DNA of 64,000 bases from assembly GCA_963797095.1 (NCBI GenBank), contig CAWCNY010000003.1, positions 64,001 to 128,000 on the forward strand, in the 5' to 3' direction. The stretch's first letter is position 1; the number at the start of each line of letters is the position of its first letter. The stretch is from an uncultured Chloroflexia bacterium (lineage in GTDB: Bacteria > Chloroflexota > Chloroflexia > QHBQ01 > JADMIH01). A model generated the notes under the pieces. That model was not told where the DNA came from. It did no database searches and saw only the letters and a list, made by a program, of their open reading frames with translations. Position numbers and translations under genes: made by a program. Shown one piece after another: positions 50,979-61,405 of this stretch.

Positions 50979-51830
50979 ATGAGTAGGAGTAGATATGTCA
51001 TGAGCGCGGTCACGGGTCAGGTTATGGGTGCGGCCCAACAGCCAGCGTATGAATGGAAAGACTTGCCATGGAAGCAAATCGAGAGGCATGTCTTCAAGCT
51101 CCAAAAGAGAATCTATCGGGCTTCCGTCCGTGGCGATGTTAGGGCAGTCCACCGGCTACAGAGGTTATTGATGAAATCCTGGTCGGCAAAAGCACTGGCT
51201 GTTCGTAGGGTTACTCAAGACAACCGAGGCAAGAACACAGCCGGAGTGGACGGGGTGAAATCGCTCAACCCAAAACAACGACTACGACTTGTCACGATAC
51301 TGACTTTACCCAAGAGGGCACAACCCACAAGAAGAGTTTGGATACCCAAATCCGCCTCCAAAGAGAACGAAAAACGCCCTCTTGGAATACCAACCATACA
51401 CAATCGAGCAGAACAAGCACTCGCTAAGCTAGCCTTGGAAGGTGAGTGGGAAGCTCGATTTGAACCAAACAGCTACGGTTTTCGACCAGGACGAAGTGCC
51501 CATGATGCGATTGAAGCAATCTTCTTGGGTATTCGCCTCAAGCCAAGATATGTGCTTGATGCCGATATCGCGAAATGTTTTGATCGAATCAACCACACTG
51601 CACTATTGAACAAACTCCAAACCTACCCTCGAATGCGAAGAGCCATCAAAGCATGGCTCAAAGCAGGAGTGATAGAAGGGGAGGAATTGTTCCCGACCGA
51701 GGAAGGAACTCCTCAGGGTGGGGTTGCCTCGCCGCTACTCGCCAATATCGCCTTGCACGGCCTGGAAACATCTATCTGCAAAGCCTTTCCATCGAACCAA
51801 AGACCAATAGTATTAAGGTATGCCGATGAT
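50979..51830 (+). CDS. ltrA: Outer intron RT/maturase, 5' part (RVT_N through YADD)
   Basis: WKQIERHVFKLQKRIY, TAGVDG, RPLGIP, SYGFRPGR, GTPQGG, ending at RYADD. Confidence 0.9.
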
Positions 51831-54378
51831 GTGCGCCATATCACCAGGTGCTAGATACCTTTCGCAGAAAGGAGGGGTTCGGAAGAATAAACCCCTGGGT
51901 CAATGGCTTACCCGATGGCGAAAGCCAAAAGGAACAATAGCATGCCATTAAAGCAGGAGAGAAATGCCACGTCAGAAGATGCTTATGACCTTGTCCTGCA
52001 AGACCCGCGTAATACGGTGAAAGCCAAACTGCTTGAACTTCAGTCTCTAGCGATGCAAGCGTACATCCCCCGATTACAGCATCTAAGGCGGGGCCATCAC
52101 GATAGGGCGACAAAATCGTCGTCGCTCGAACCTTCCGCGTGATGGGCGGTGAGAAACGATCTCACTCAAAGGGGCAGACGAAGCACCTAAGTTACGCTCG
52201 ATACGTCTAGCATTTAGGGAATATGGGATTGCCCAACGGGCCGAGAGGCCCAGGGTAACGGAGCCTCCGTAGTACTCAGAGGACGGGAAAGCCGTCCACA
52301 TTGACCAGGGTACGTCCACGTGAAACCACGTGAGGATTTCATGTTGAACGTAACCAGGCGGGGAAGGGAGGCAGGTGCTTTGAAACCCAGCAAGAGAGGT
52401 ACTCGAGATGAGAAACGCCGAAACTGTACTGGGGATCATCCAGGATCGCGGCAGGAGAGGACTGCTGCTAGAAGATGTCTATCGACAACTGTTCAACCCG
52501 CAACTGTACCTGCTCGCCTATGGCAAGATTTACCGAAACAAAGGAGCGACGACACCGGGAACGACACCGGAAACTGTGGATGGAATGTCCATGATGAAAA
52601 TCGATGCCATCATCGAAGCCTTACGCTTCGAGAGATACAGATGAACACCGGTGAGGCGTATCTACATCGAGAAAAAGCACTCCAAAGGGAAGCCCCAGAG
52701 GAAGTCTCAAGGAAAAGCAATCTCGAAAAAGAAGCGCCCCCTCGGAATACCCGCATGGTCAGACAAACTGTTGGCGGAGGTAATACGCCTCATCCTTGAA
52801 GCATACTACGAACCGCAATTCAGCCCATCTTCCCACGGTTTTCGCCCTGACCGAGGTTGCCACACAGCGCTACGGGAAATCTACCATAAATGGGTGGGCA
52901 CAAAGTGGTTCGTGGAGGGCGACATTTCCGACTGTTTTGGCTCGCTGGATCACACCATCATGATGTCAATACTCAGGGAAAAGCTCCACGATAACCGCTT
53001 TCTGCGCTTGATTGAAGGTTTGCTCAAGGCCGGATATTTGGAAGGGTGGAGATACAACGCCACGCTCAGTGGTAGTGCACAAGGCTCGGTACTTAGCCCC
53101 ATCCTCGCCAATATCTACCTTGCCAAACTGGATAAGTATGTCGAGACGACGCTCTTGTCAACCTACAACCAAGGGAACCGACGCAAGATCAACCCGGAGT
53201 ATCTCCGGCTACGCGCCAGTGTCACGAGGCTAAAACGGATGGGGAAAAAAGAGCAAGCACACAAGTTGCGTCGTCAGATGCAGCAGCTACCCTCCCTTGA
53301 CCCCAACGACCCAGCCTACAGACGGTTGCGCTACATACGGTATGCAGACGATGTGCTTGTGGGTTTCAGCGGCCCACGTAAGGAAGCTGAAGAAATCAAG
53401 CAACTCCTCAAAGAGTTTTTGGGTGATGAACTCAAGCTGACCCTCTCAGAGGAGAAAACGTTGATCACCCATGCACGGAGCAAAGCTGCACGCTTTCTGG
53501 GTTATGAGGTCGTAGTGCTCAACAACGACCACAAACTGGACCGGCGTGGACATCGGAGCATCAACGGCCAGATCGGGCTGAAAGTACCCTCGGACGTAGT
53601 ACGTGCGAAATCTACTGGCTACCTGCACAACGGCAAACCGATACACCGAACGGAACTTATCCACGACAGCGTGTACAGCATCATGGCACAGTACCAGGCG
53701 GAGTACCGGGGCATTGTGGAGTACTATCGGCTGGCTTACAACCTGCACCAACTCAACCGGCTGAGGTGGGTGATGGAACGGTCGCTAACTCAAACACTGG
53801 CACACAAGCTACGCATCAGCGTGAGCAAAATCTACCACCGTTACCAAACCAACATTCAGACAGAAGCGGGTCCACGTGTTGGCCTGCAAGTGGCGGTTGA
53901 GCGCGGAGAGGGAAAGAAGCCACTGATAGCGAAGTGGGGCGGTATTACTCTCGCACGGAATATGAAAGCAGTCCTCAACGACCAACCTACACGTGTTTGG
54001 GGATCACACTCACACACAGAGCTAGAAAAACGGTTCCTGGCAGACACTTGTGAGCTATGCGGCTCACGTGAAGATGTCGAGGTACACCATATTCGAGCAC
54101 TAAAAGACCTCAAACGAAAGGGACGTGCTGATAGACCTGAATGGGTGAAAGTGATGGCGGCACGCCAACGCAAGACGCTGGTGGTCTGCCGAGCATGTCA
54201 CGATGAAATCCACAGAGGGAAACTAACACAGCATACACTACCACGAGTACAACACGAAGCCGCTAATGGAAATGGAGAAGCACTGGAGAGCCGGGTACTC
54301 CGAAAGGCGTAAGCCCGGTTTGGGGAGGGGCGGACAGAAAAGTATCGGTAACGACAACTCGCTGGCCGCCTACTCTAC
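51831..54378 (+). mobile_element. Inner group II intron (mitochondrial-like class, IIA)
   Basis: Starts GTGCG, ends CCTACTCTAC; DV GAGCCGGGTACTCCGAAAGGCGTAAGCCCGGTT; its removal restores YADD-FVVM in frame. Confidence 0.93.
52408..54312 (+). pseudogene. ltrA: Inner intron RT/maturase/HNH protein with an in-frame TGA at 52642
   Basis: ORFs 52408-52644 and 52651-54312 are in the same frame: ERYR*TPVRR, where W is expected; YADD and CELCG..EVHH..C..CH are present. Confidence 0.88.
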
Positions 54379-55353
54379 TTCGTGGTCATGCACGAGAAAT
54401 TGGAGGTTATTGAGCGATGTCAACAAATCGTGACAGAATGGCTCAAGGGCATGGGGTTGGAACTGAAACCCAGTAAAACCCGTATCACGCACACACTACA
54501 CACCTACCAGGGAAACACCGGGTTCGACTTTCTCGGTTTCTCGGTCCGACAATTTCCAGTGGGCAAGACCCACACAGGAAAGAACGGACAGGGCCGAAAG
54601 CTAGGGTTCAAGACCATCATCAGACCAAGCGAAGAAGCTCAGAAACGACACGCCAAAGCACTTGGTGATATCATCCGGAAGATGCGAGGGATCAGTCAGA
54701 TCGACCTGATAACTCTGCTAAATCCAAAGATACGAGGGTGGTGTAATTATCACTCCACCGTCATATCCGGGAAGGTATTCAGCAAGATGAGTGACGTGCT
54801 GTACCATCAGCTAAGACGCTGGGCACAACGCCGTCACCCCAAGAAATCCAAAAGATGGATTGCCAACTGCTACTGGCACCCAAATGAGGGCAAATGGGAT
54901 TTTGCATGCAAAGAAGGAAGGCTAATCCAACATAGGGAGATACCTATCAGAAGGCATGTGAAAGTACAGGGTGTCAAAAGCCCTTATGACGGAGATTGGG
55001 CCTACTGGGGCCGAAGGCTACAGCGCTACCCTGGATTGCACCCGATGGTAGCACAGCTACTAAAGAGGCAGGAAGGGAAATGCGCCTGGTGTGGATTGCA
55101 ATTGAGAAGTGAAGAAATCATGGAGCGTGACCATGACGTCCCAATCGTACTGGGAGGTGGACATGGTATCACAAACCGTAGACTACTTCACGGGTATTGT
55201 CACGACGCAAAGACAGCTCAGGATGGTTCTTCAACCTCTAGAGTTGTCAGAAGTTCCAAAGTTAGGGACCGTAGGACTGAGGAGCCGGATGAGGCGAACA
55301 GTCTCATGTCCGGTTTTGTAGGCGGGCGGGAGGCAGTGATGCCTCTCGCCTAG
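54379..55353 (+). CDS. ltrA: Outer intron RT/maturase, 3' part (RT6-7, domain X, HNH)
   Basis: FVVMHE...GLELKPSKT...FDFLGF...LNPKIRGWCNY...CAWCG...DH...HGYCH. Confidence 0.9.
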   Translation, partial: FVVMHEKLEVIERCQQIVTEWLKGMGLELKPSKTRITHTLHTYQGNTGFDFLGFSVRQFPVGKTHTGKNGQGRKLGFKTIIRPSEEAQKRHAKALGDIIRKMRGISQIDLITLLNPKIRGWCNYHSTVISGKVFSKMSDVLYHQLRRWAQRRHPKKSKRWIANCYWHPNEGKWDFACKEGRLIQHREIPIRRHVKVQGVKSPYDGDWAYWGRRLQRYPGLHPMVAQLLKRQEGKCAWCGLQLRSEEIMERDHDVPIVLGGGHGITNRRLLHGYCHDAKTAQDGSSTSRVVRSSKVRDRRTEEPDEANSLMSGFVGGREAVMPLA

Positions 55354-55609
55354 CCAGCACACGCAGCCCCCCCTGTGGCTGTTCGGGCCCTTGCAAGTCA
55401 CTGATGAACCGGGCTGTTATGCTGCCTGTCGTGGCTACATAGCTACATAGCGCATCCGTGCGTGGAACCACGAGTAATGTGGGCCCATACCCATAATCCT
55501 AATGAAACTGCAAGTTCGGCGCTTCTCCTGGTGCGATCTGACACCCAACGATTAGAATCAAAGCGTCCTCGTTCCCCTGGCATTCTTGTAAAAGGAGAAG
55601 CACTCCACT

Positions 55610-56821
55610 TTGATTGAGTTTCTCAGGTTCCTCGTCATGCGTGTCGTCCCTGCCTTCCAGCAGGGTCTTGCTAACCGGGTTTGGACCAGGCCGACCAGTA
55701 ATTTTCTTCCTACCGGGGCGGTGCCTGGAGCTATATTGGGCCTGTGCCGCAGTAAGCCGGAACTGATTGTAGAGAATGCCCTGCTTCGCCAGCAACTCAT
55801 AGTCCTGCGCCGTCAGGTCAGCCGACCACATCTAACCAATACCGACCGAGCCCTCCTGGTGCTGCTCGCTGGCAGGCTTCGAAGCTGGAAGAGCGCTCTG
55901 TTTATCATCAAGCCCGATACCCTGCTCCGTTGGCACAGGGCGGGCTTTCGCCTGTTCTGGAAGCGAAAATCCAGGACCAAATCGCGTGAACCGAAGTTGC
56001 CTACGGAGACCATCAAACTGATTAGGCAGATGGCTATCGAGAACCGGCTGTGGGGTGCCGAACGGATCAGGGGAGAGCTGCTCAAGTTGGATATTCGGGT
56101 ATGCAAGCGCACTATCCAGAAGTACATGCATCAGGCACACAGGCCTGGTCCCACAGAACGCAAGGCCAATCAAAACTGGTGTACTTTCGTGCGCAACCAT
56201 GCTCCCCAAGTATGGGCAGTCGACTTCCTACCTGTATACGACCTGTTCTTCCGACCGCTATTCCTTTTCGTCATCATGGAACTCGGGTCACGTCGAGTGG
56301 TGCACTTCGGAGTTACCCGCTCTCCGACAGATGAGTGGGTATCCCAGCAACTTCGGGAGGCAACGCCGTTTGGGGAGGCACCCAGGCTCCTGATCCGAGA
56401 TAACGACAGTAAGTATGCAGAGAAGTTCGCCCGTGTGGCGGAAGCCAGCTGGATAGAGGTGCTGTGCACTCCATACCAAGCGCCCCGGGCCAATGCTGTG
56501 TGCGAAAGGTTCCTGGGCAGCGCGAGACGGGAGTGCCTGGATCACTTGCTGCTCCTTGGGGAGAAGCACCTGCACCGAGTGATCAAGGAATTTGTGCGCT
56601 ACTACAACCGCTCTCGCCCGCATCAAGGGATTGGCCAACAGATCCCGGAAGTGGCACACCAGTCAGCGGCGGCGGTGCCAGCAGCGCCAGCAGTGCTGGC
56701 GGAGCAACAGGAGCAACAGGAGCAACAGTTACAGCAAAGGGCACCTGGTGGAACGGAGGCAAAGATAATCAGGGTGCCGGTACTTGGCGGGTTGCACCAC
56801 GATTACCGAAGGGCAGCATGA
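55610..56821 (+). CDS. Integrase-core (rve) DDE transposase of an IS3/IS481-like element
   Basis: WGAERIRGEL, AVDF, RDND, CERF..S.RRECLD, GGLHHDYRRAA; possible element ends TGT 55374 and ACA 56866 (weak). Confidence 0.85.
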   Translation: MIEFLRFLVMRVVPAFQQGLANRVWTRPTSNFLPTGAVPGAILGLCRSKPELIVENALLRQQLIVLRRQVSRPHLTNTDRALLVLLAGRLRSWKSALFIIKPDTLLRWHRAGFRLFWKRKSRTKSREPKLPTETIKLIRQMAIENRLWGAERIRGELLKLDIRVCKRTIQKYMHQAHRPGPTERKANQNWCTFVRNHAPQVWAVDFLPVYDLFFRPLFLFVIMELGSRRVVHFGVTRSPTDEWVSQQLREATPFGEAPRLLIRDNDSKYAEKFARVAEASWIEVLCTPYQAPRANAVCERFLGSARRECLDHLLLLGEKHLHRVIKEFVRYYNRSRPHQGIGQQIPEVAHQSAAAVPAAPAVLAEQQEQQEQQLQQRAPGGTEAKIIRVPVLGGLHHDYRRAA

Positions 56822-56990
56822 TCTATGAATTATGAAATGCTGATAGCCTGTTTGAGCATCGTCACAGCAGGGAAGCAGCCTGCACAATAGGGTGTGTCTA
56901 CTCAAACTGATCAACTGATCAACGCCCATGAACGTGATACGAGCGAAAATAGGACATAGGCCACATCCTGTAGCGTGTAACGGAAACGAG

Positions 56991-59975
56991 CTAGACAGGC
57001 AGCGGTAGGTCTTCTTCCAGCGGCGGTGGCAACTCATCCCACTCCAGCACATAGTCTCCGAACCGCTTGATGTGACTCGTCCAGTACGGGCTCAACAACG
57101 CCAGGTCCTCACGCTTCACCTCGTATCCACTTTCGGCCAACTCATGTACCGCCCTCGTCAAGTCAATCGTGTTTTGCAATATCACTGCATTGGCCAGCAG
57201 ATCGGTGTACTTGACCCGCTTCTCTTGCTCCACCGGGTCAGGTGTGCCGATCACCCCTTCCCCACCAAACGATAGCCACTTCGTGAAGCCGTTGTATGCC
57301 TCCAGCTTGTTCGTTGTCCCGGTGATCTCCTCCCTCAGTTCGGCGTCCGACAAGTACCTCAGCAAGAAGACTGTACGCACTACCCGTCCCAACTCGCGAA
57401 ACGCCTGGTACAGCCGGTTCTTGCGACTGTAGTTGCTCAGCTTGCGTAGCAGCGTCGAGGGCAACACCTTGCCTGCCTGGATCGAAATCGTCACCTGCAT
57501 CAAGTCCTGCCAGTGCGTCTCGATCAATCCCCAGTCGATTGTATCACTGAACAGCGCATCGATGTGCTGGTAGGTCGTCTTCCTGTCTGGGCGATAGAAT
57601 ACCAGGTCCTTCCAGTTGCGGATACGAGGCATCAGCTTTATGCCCAGCAGGTAGGCCATCCCGAATACCGGCGCCGATTGCCCTTGCGTGTCGGCGTGCA
57701 GTGTATCGGGCTGGATGTTGGACGTGTTGGTCTTCAGAATGTCCAGGATGTAGACTGCTTCCCACACGCCGCACACGATGAAGTGGCTGAACAACGCGAT
57801 GTACATGTCCGAGAGGTGGTGGTAAGCAATACCGCCGTAGCCCCCATATCGGATGTGGTATTCGCTCATCAGGCTCTCTTCGTACAGGGCGAACTGCGTG
57901 CCGTCAGCCGCTGCTACCTTCTCCTTGCCCCACAGCCGTGGCAGATGGCGATCGCTGTAGCTGTTGATGACATCGCGTATGGCGGCATCCAACTTCTTGG
58001 TCGTGATATGCCGGAAGTTCACCAGCCACAGTTGGTGCGGGCTGATGCGGCCACGAGCATGCCGCGCCATCTGCACAGGTCCCAGGTTGCAGCCATAGGT
58101 AAAAGCGGCGACAACGTAGCGTTCGCGGGGGTTGTCGATCTTGGGGTCGGAACCCGATAGCGGCCCGAAGTGCCGGCTCCAGTTCGTCCAATACTCCACG
58201 TTGCGCAATACGTCGATCAGGTTGCGTTGGGGCACCCGTTCCTGCAATGCGCTAACAAGCGGCTCCAGCGTCGGTGAGAGTGGCTTTGGCGCGGGTCGCT
58301 TCAGCACCGGCTCGCCTTGCGGACTAATCGTCAACTGCTTGTTCTCGGGGAAGGCGGCGTCCACCTGCTGAGTTGTAGTGCTCAGCCACTCCTTGAGGTC
58401 GGCCACGAACTTCCCCGGCGTGGCGGCAAACCCCAACTCTTGACAGTAGGCCTCCAACTGCCCCTCGCACTCTTCCCAGGGCAGCAGGTGAGTGCGGTAG
58501 TCGGCATACTGCTCCGAACCGGCCACGCTAATATCGCCTGTCTTGAGTTCATAGGCCAGGTAGACGAATACGCAGACCTCTAACTGCCGGCGTACCATAC
58601 GCGGCACTCGTCGACGCCGGTCGGTGATGAGCCGTTGCCATAAATCACTGGCGAAACTGAGATCCAACTCACCACGCACCCACTCGCTGCGCTTGTGCTG
58701 GTTGTCCAGTACGAACTGCACGGCCCCAAGCAGGCTCCCATCCTGGGTAGTGGAACTGAGTTCGAGGGTACGCAGGATACTGAACAGCACTCGACGATGC
58801 GAGCGGAAGAACCGCCACAAGAGTGGCAGGTGGTTGTTGCCGTTGTAGGAGATGACATTGGCGCATTCCTCCTGCAACATCTGCTGGCCGCCTCGCGCCC
58901 ATACCAGTGCCCGCACTTGTTGACCGAGCACAGCGTCCTCCGTGGTCTCGCCCACCGTTTCGAGGATCTCGCTCAGAGTGTCGGCCACGTTGATGGTAGT
59001 GGCGCGATAAGCCTCACGCAACAACTCCAACTCCACCTGAGCGGCGCGCTGGATAGAGCTGACGCGCTTGATCAACATGGTGACCAGTTCATCACGGGTG
59101 GTGACGCGCGCTTGCTGGACCAGGCACAACAGCAGGGTGTAGCGTTTGGCAGGCTCGACGTCGTTCATCGTCGCCGCGTCGAGCACCATAGCTTCGGCAG
59201 CGAAGTGCTTGAGCTTGGCCGGCGGCAGATCAACCAGTAGTTGGTCAAGTCGGTCAAACCGATCAGCATCGCCCAGGGACAGCAGCGAAAGCAGCCAGTT
59301 GAGCTTGGTCTGCCATTCCTTGAGATGCTTCAGCGTGGCGCTAGGGGGTGGGTCCTTGATAGCCTGGAAGGGGGTGCGGCGCGGGCCTAACTTGGTATCG
59401 AGTAGCGCCTGCAGTGCTGCTCGCTCCTGAGAAGTGAGCAGCGCTGTAACCTGGGCAAACAGGCTCAAGTTGACCTGGCTGCGTACATGAGCGACCAGAC
59501 GATCCAGAGTGGTGAAGCCCGGCAACTCAAACCGCAGGCGGACGAGTTCTTCGATGGCAACGTTAATGAGGTCGGCGGGGTTGTCCATGACCAGGGCAGA
59601 TTGGCGGACGATAGCAGCGATAGAGCGGCGGGCGCTCTCATCGAAGGGCTGGACCTGCAGGTAATCACGGACGGCCTGGTGGTGACGGTAAAGGGTACGG
59701 TCTTGCCCGTAGTCCGGTCGCAATTCATCATCGAGTTGCAGGTATGAGCGGACGTGCTCGACTACTGAAGTTGGTATGTCGGCGATGTTGGGGAAGTAGC
59801 CGAGACGTTGGAAGCTCTTGAGCCAGAGGAGCAGATGCAGGCGATGGACATCTTCACGGGCGTTGTCGTGCACCCAGGCAAGTTCGTTGGCAGTAGGCGA
59901 GTAGATCTCTTCGAGTTCGCGGCGGGTGGGATTGCGTTTGAAGCGCGGGTAAGCAGTGCGCTCGATAGCGGTCAT
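56991..59975 (-). CDS. tnpA: Tn3-family transposase
   Basis: 994 aa; MTAIERTAYPRF start; AADGT, HADTQGQ, NKLEAYN. Confidence 0.95.
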   Translation of the reverse strand: MTAIERTAYPRFKRNPTRRELEEIYSPTANELAWVHDNAREDVHRLHLLLWLKSFQRLGYFPNIADIPTSVVEHVRSYLQLDDELRPDYGQDRTLYRHHQAVRDYLQVQPFDESARRSIAAIVRQSALVMDNPADLINVAIEELVRLRFELPGFTTLDRLVAHVRSQVNLSLFAQVTALLTSQERAALQALLDTKLGPRRTPFQAIKDPPPSATLKHLKEWQTKLNWLLSLLSLGDADRFDRLDQLLVDLPPAKLKHFAAEAMVLDAATMNDVEPAKRYTLLLCLVQQARVTTRDELVTMLIKRVSSIQRAAQVELELLREAYRATTINVADTLSEILETVGETTEDAVLGQQVRALVWARGGQQMLQEECANVISYNGNNHLPLLWRFFRSHRRVLFSILRTLELSSTTQDGSLLGAVQFVLDNQHKRSEWVRGELDLSFASDLWQRLITDRRRRVPRMVRRQLEVCVFVYLAYELKTGDISVAGSEQYADYRTHLLPWEECEGQLEAYCQELGFAATPGKFVADLKEWLSTTTQQVDAAFPENKQLTISPQGEPVLKRPAPKPLSPTLEPLVSALQERVPQRNLIDVLRNVEYWTNWSRHFGPLSGSDPKIDNPRERYVVAAFTYGCNLGPVQMARHARGRISPHQLWLVNFRHITTKKLDAAIRDVINSYSDRHLPRLWGKEKVAAADGTQFALYEESLMSEYHIRYGGYGGIAYHHLSDMYIALFSHFIVCGVWEAVYILDILKTNTSNIQPDTLHADTQGQSAPVFGMAYLLGIKLMPRIRNWKDLVFYRPDRKTTYQHIDALFSDTIDWGLIETHWQDLMQVTISIQAGKVLPSTLLRKLSNYSRKNRLYQAFRELGRVVRTVFLLRYLSDAELREEITGTTNKLEAYNGFTKWLSFGGEGVIGTPDPVEQEKRVKYTDLLANAVILQNTIDLTRAVHELAESGYEVKREDLALLSPYWTSHIKRFGDYVLEWDELPPPLEEDLPLPV

Positions 59976-60113
59976 CGGCGGACGACCCTTCCTTTATTAA
60001 TAGTAGGTACAAGCGGATGATATAATGACGCGAGTAGACGCAGAGAAGTAGGGACGAAGGTAAGACGAGGGCGGAGACGAAGACGGAGACGGAAGGGGCA
60101 AAATCTCCGCTGG

Positions 60114-60214
60114 ATTTCTGCTAAGTGATAGTAGCAGATACCAGGCTCTTTTGTCCAGGCAGCGCCTATGTCTGGTAATGCCGCCAACACACCTGGTTTG
60201 CTATGTCTGCTAAT
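60114..60214. promoter_or_regulatory. Predicted tyrosine-recombinase resolution site (inverted core plus two accessory direct repeats)
   Basis: TCTGCTA-AGTGATAG-TAGCAGA core; CTATGTCTG(G/C)TAAT at 60166 and 60201. Confidence 0.65.
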
Positions 60215-60252
60215 CTTTAGGTAAACCTCGAAGATCGCGTGGAGCTTTCCTC

Positions 60253-61188
60253 ATGCCGAAAAGGAGTGCGCAACCTGAGCTTTCCCCCGCCGGTCAGCAG
60301 GCGCTGGAACGGTATGCCACCGCACTACATGAGGGCGAGGATATCCGCCTGGTCACGCTACGCAACTATCTCAGCGACCTGCGCCAGTTCGCTGCCTGGT
60401 ATGAAGAGGTAGCAGCGGCTGGACAGGAACTCCCGATCTCCTTCGGCCCACAGCAGATCACAACTCCTACCGTTACTCGCTATCGGGATTATCTACAGGC
60501 TACGTGTGAACTGAAGCCGGCCTCGGTTAATCGAGCACTGATGAGCATCAAACGCTACTGCTCCTGGGCGCTGATGGAAGGGGAGATAGGCCGCGACCCA
60601 ACACGAGGTGTTAAGATGGTCGGGCAGGAAGGAGGCGGCACAGGCACCCATCATGTAACGGATGACGATGAGGACGCACTGGTAAGGGCGGTTACCGCTA
60701 CAGGATCACTGCGGGACCGAACGATGATCGTACTGATGCTGCACACGGGATTGCGGGTCGGGGAAGTGTGCAGGCTGAAGCGCTCGGACCTGACACTAAA
60801 TAAGCGTAGCGGTAGCGTGCAGGTGCATGGCAAGGGGAACAAATATCGAGAGGTGCCACTGAACACCACGGCTCGTAATGCATTGCAGGAATACCTGGTG
60901 GTGCTTCCTAAAGAAAGCGGTTATGTGTTCCCCTCGGAGAAGACGGGGCAAGCACTGACGGAGCGAGCGGTGGGGTACATAGTGAAGAAGTATGCACGAG
61001 CAGCCAAGATACCACAGTTGAGAGCGCATGATCTACGGCACCGGTTCGGGTACCGCATGGCGGCGGTAGTGCCACTGCACCGGTTGGCGCAGATCATGGG
61101 TCACGACTCGCTGGACACGACGATGGTCTACATCAAGGCAACCAGGGCTGATCTGCAACAAGCGGTAGAGAAGATCTCCTGGACGTAG
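60253..61188 (+). CDS. Tyrosine recombinase (TnpI/TnpS-like resolvase)
   Basis: TGLRVGE, GKGNK, HDLRH, MGH, TMVY. Confidence 0.92.
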   Translation: MPKRSAQPELSPAGQQALERYATALHEGEDIRLVTLRNYLSDLRQFAAWYEEVAAAGQELPISFGPQQITTPTVTRYRDYLQATCELKPASVNRALMSIKRYCSWALMEGEIGRDPTRGVKMVGQEGGGTGTHHVTDDDEDALVRAVTATGSLRDRTMIVLMLHTGLRVGEVCRLKRSDLTLNKRSGSVQVHGKGNKYREVPLNTTARNALQEYLVVLPKESGYVFPSEKTGQALTERAVGYIVKKYARAAKIPQLRAHDLRHRFGYRMAAVVPLHRLAQIMGHDSLDTTMVYIKATRADLQQAVEKISWT

Positions 61189-61405
61189 CCTATGGACGCT
61201 ATGGACGTGGGTGGCATGGGCATGGATGGCCAACCGAGCACGGTGCAACGGTATCACGCATCGCCAACGCGAACGCTGGTCTGGCCCGTCCTATGTCCTA
61301 TTTTCGCTCGTATCACGTTCATGGGCGATCAACGGAAGGTGCGTATTTCTTCCACCAGCTACTTCCTTGTTGATTACCTTTACGGATTAGTCTATACTTT
61401 GCCCC

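Larger units (their letters stand above)
50328..55358 (+). mobile_element. Outer group II intron (chloroplast-like class, IIB), interrupted by a second intron
   Basis: Domain I closing stem TTCGTTCC (~50334) / GGAACGAA (~50800); DV GAGCCGGATGAGGCGAACAGTCTCATGTCCGGTT; DVI with bulged A; exact termini uncertain by a few nt. Confidence 0.85.
56923..61327. mobile_element. Complete Tn3-family transposon (TnpA + divergent tyrosine recombinase)
   Basis: Perfect 38-bp IRs CGCCCATGAACGTGATACGAGCGAAAATAGGACATAGG (56923-56960, 61290-61327) and 5-bp TSD ATCAA. Confidence 0.95.

Noticed and set aside
52642-52644. TGA recoded as Trp or Sec
   Set aside because: TGA is a normal stop in neighbouring genes, and the position is a Trp site rather than a Cys site.
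50979-55353. RT genes as a retron, DGR or CRISPR-associated RT
   Set aside because: Clear group II intron DV/DVI structures and maturase/HNH domains; no template/variable repeat pair seen.
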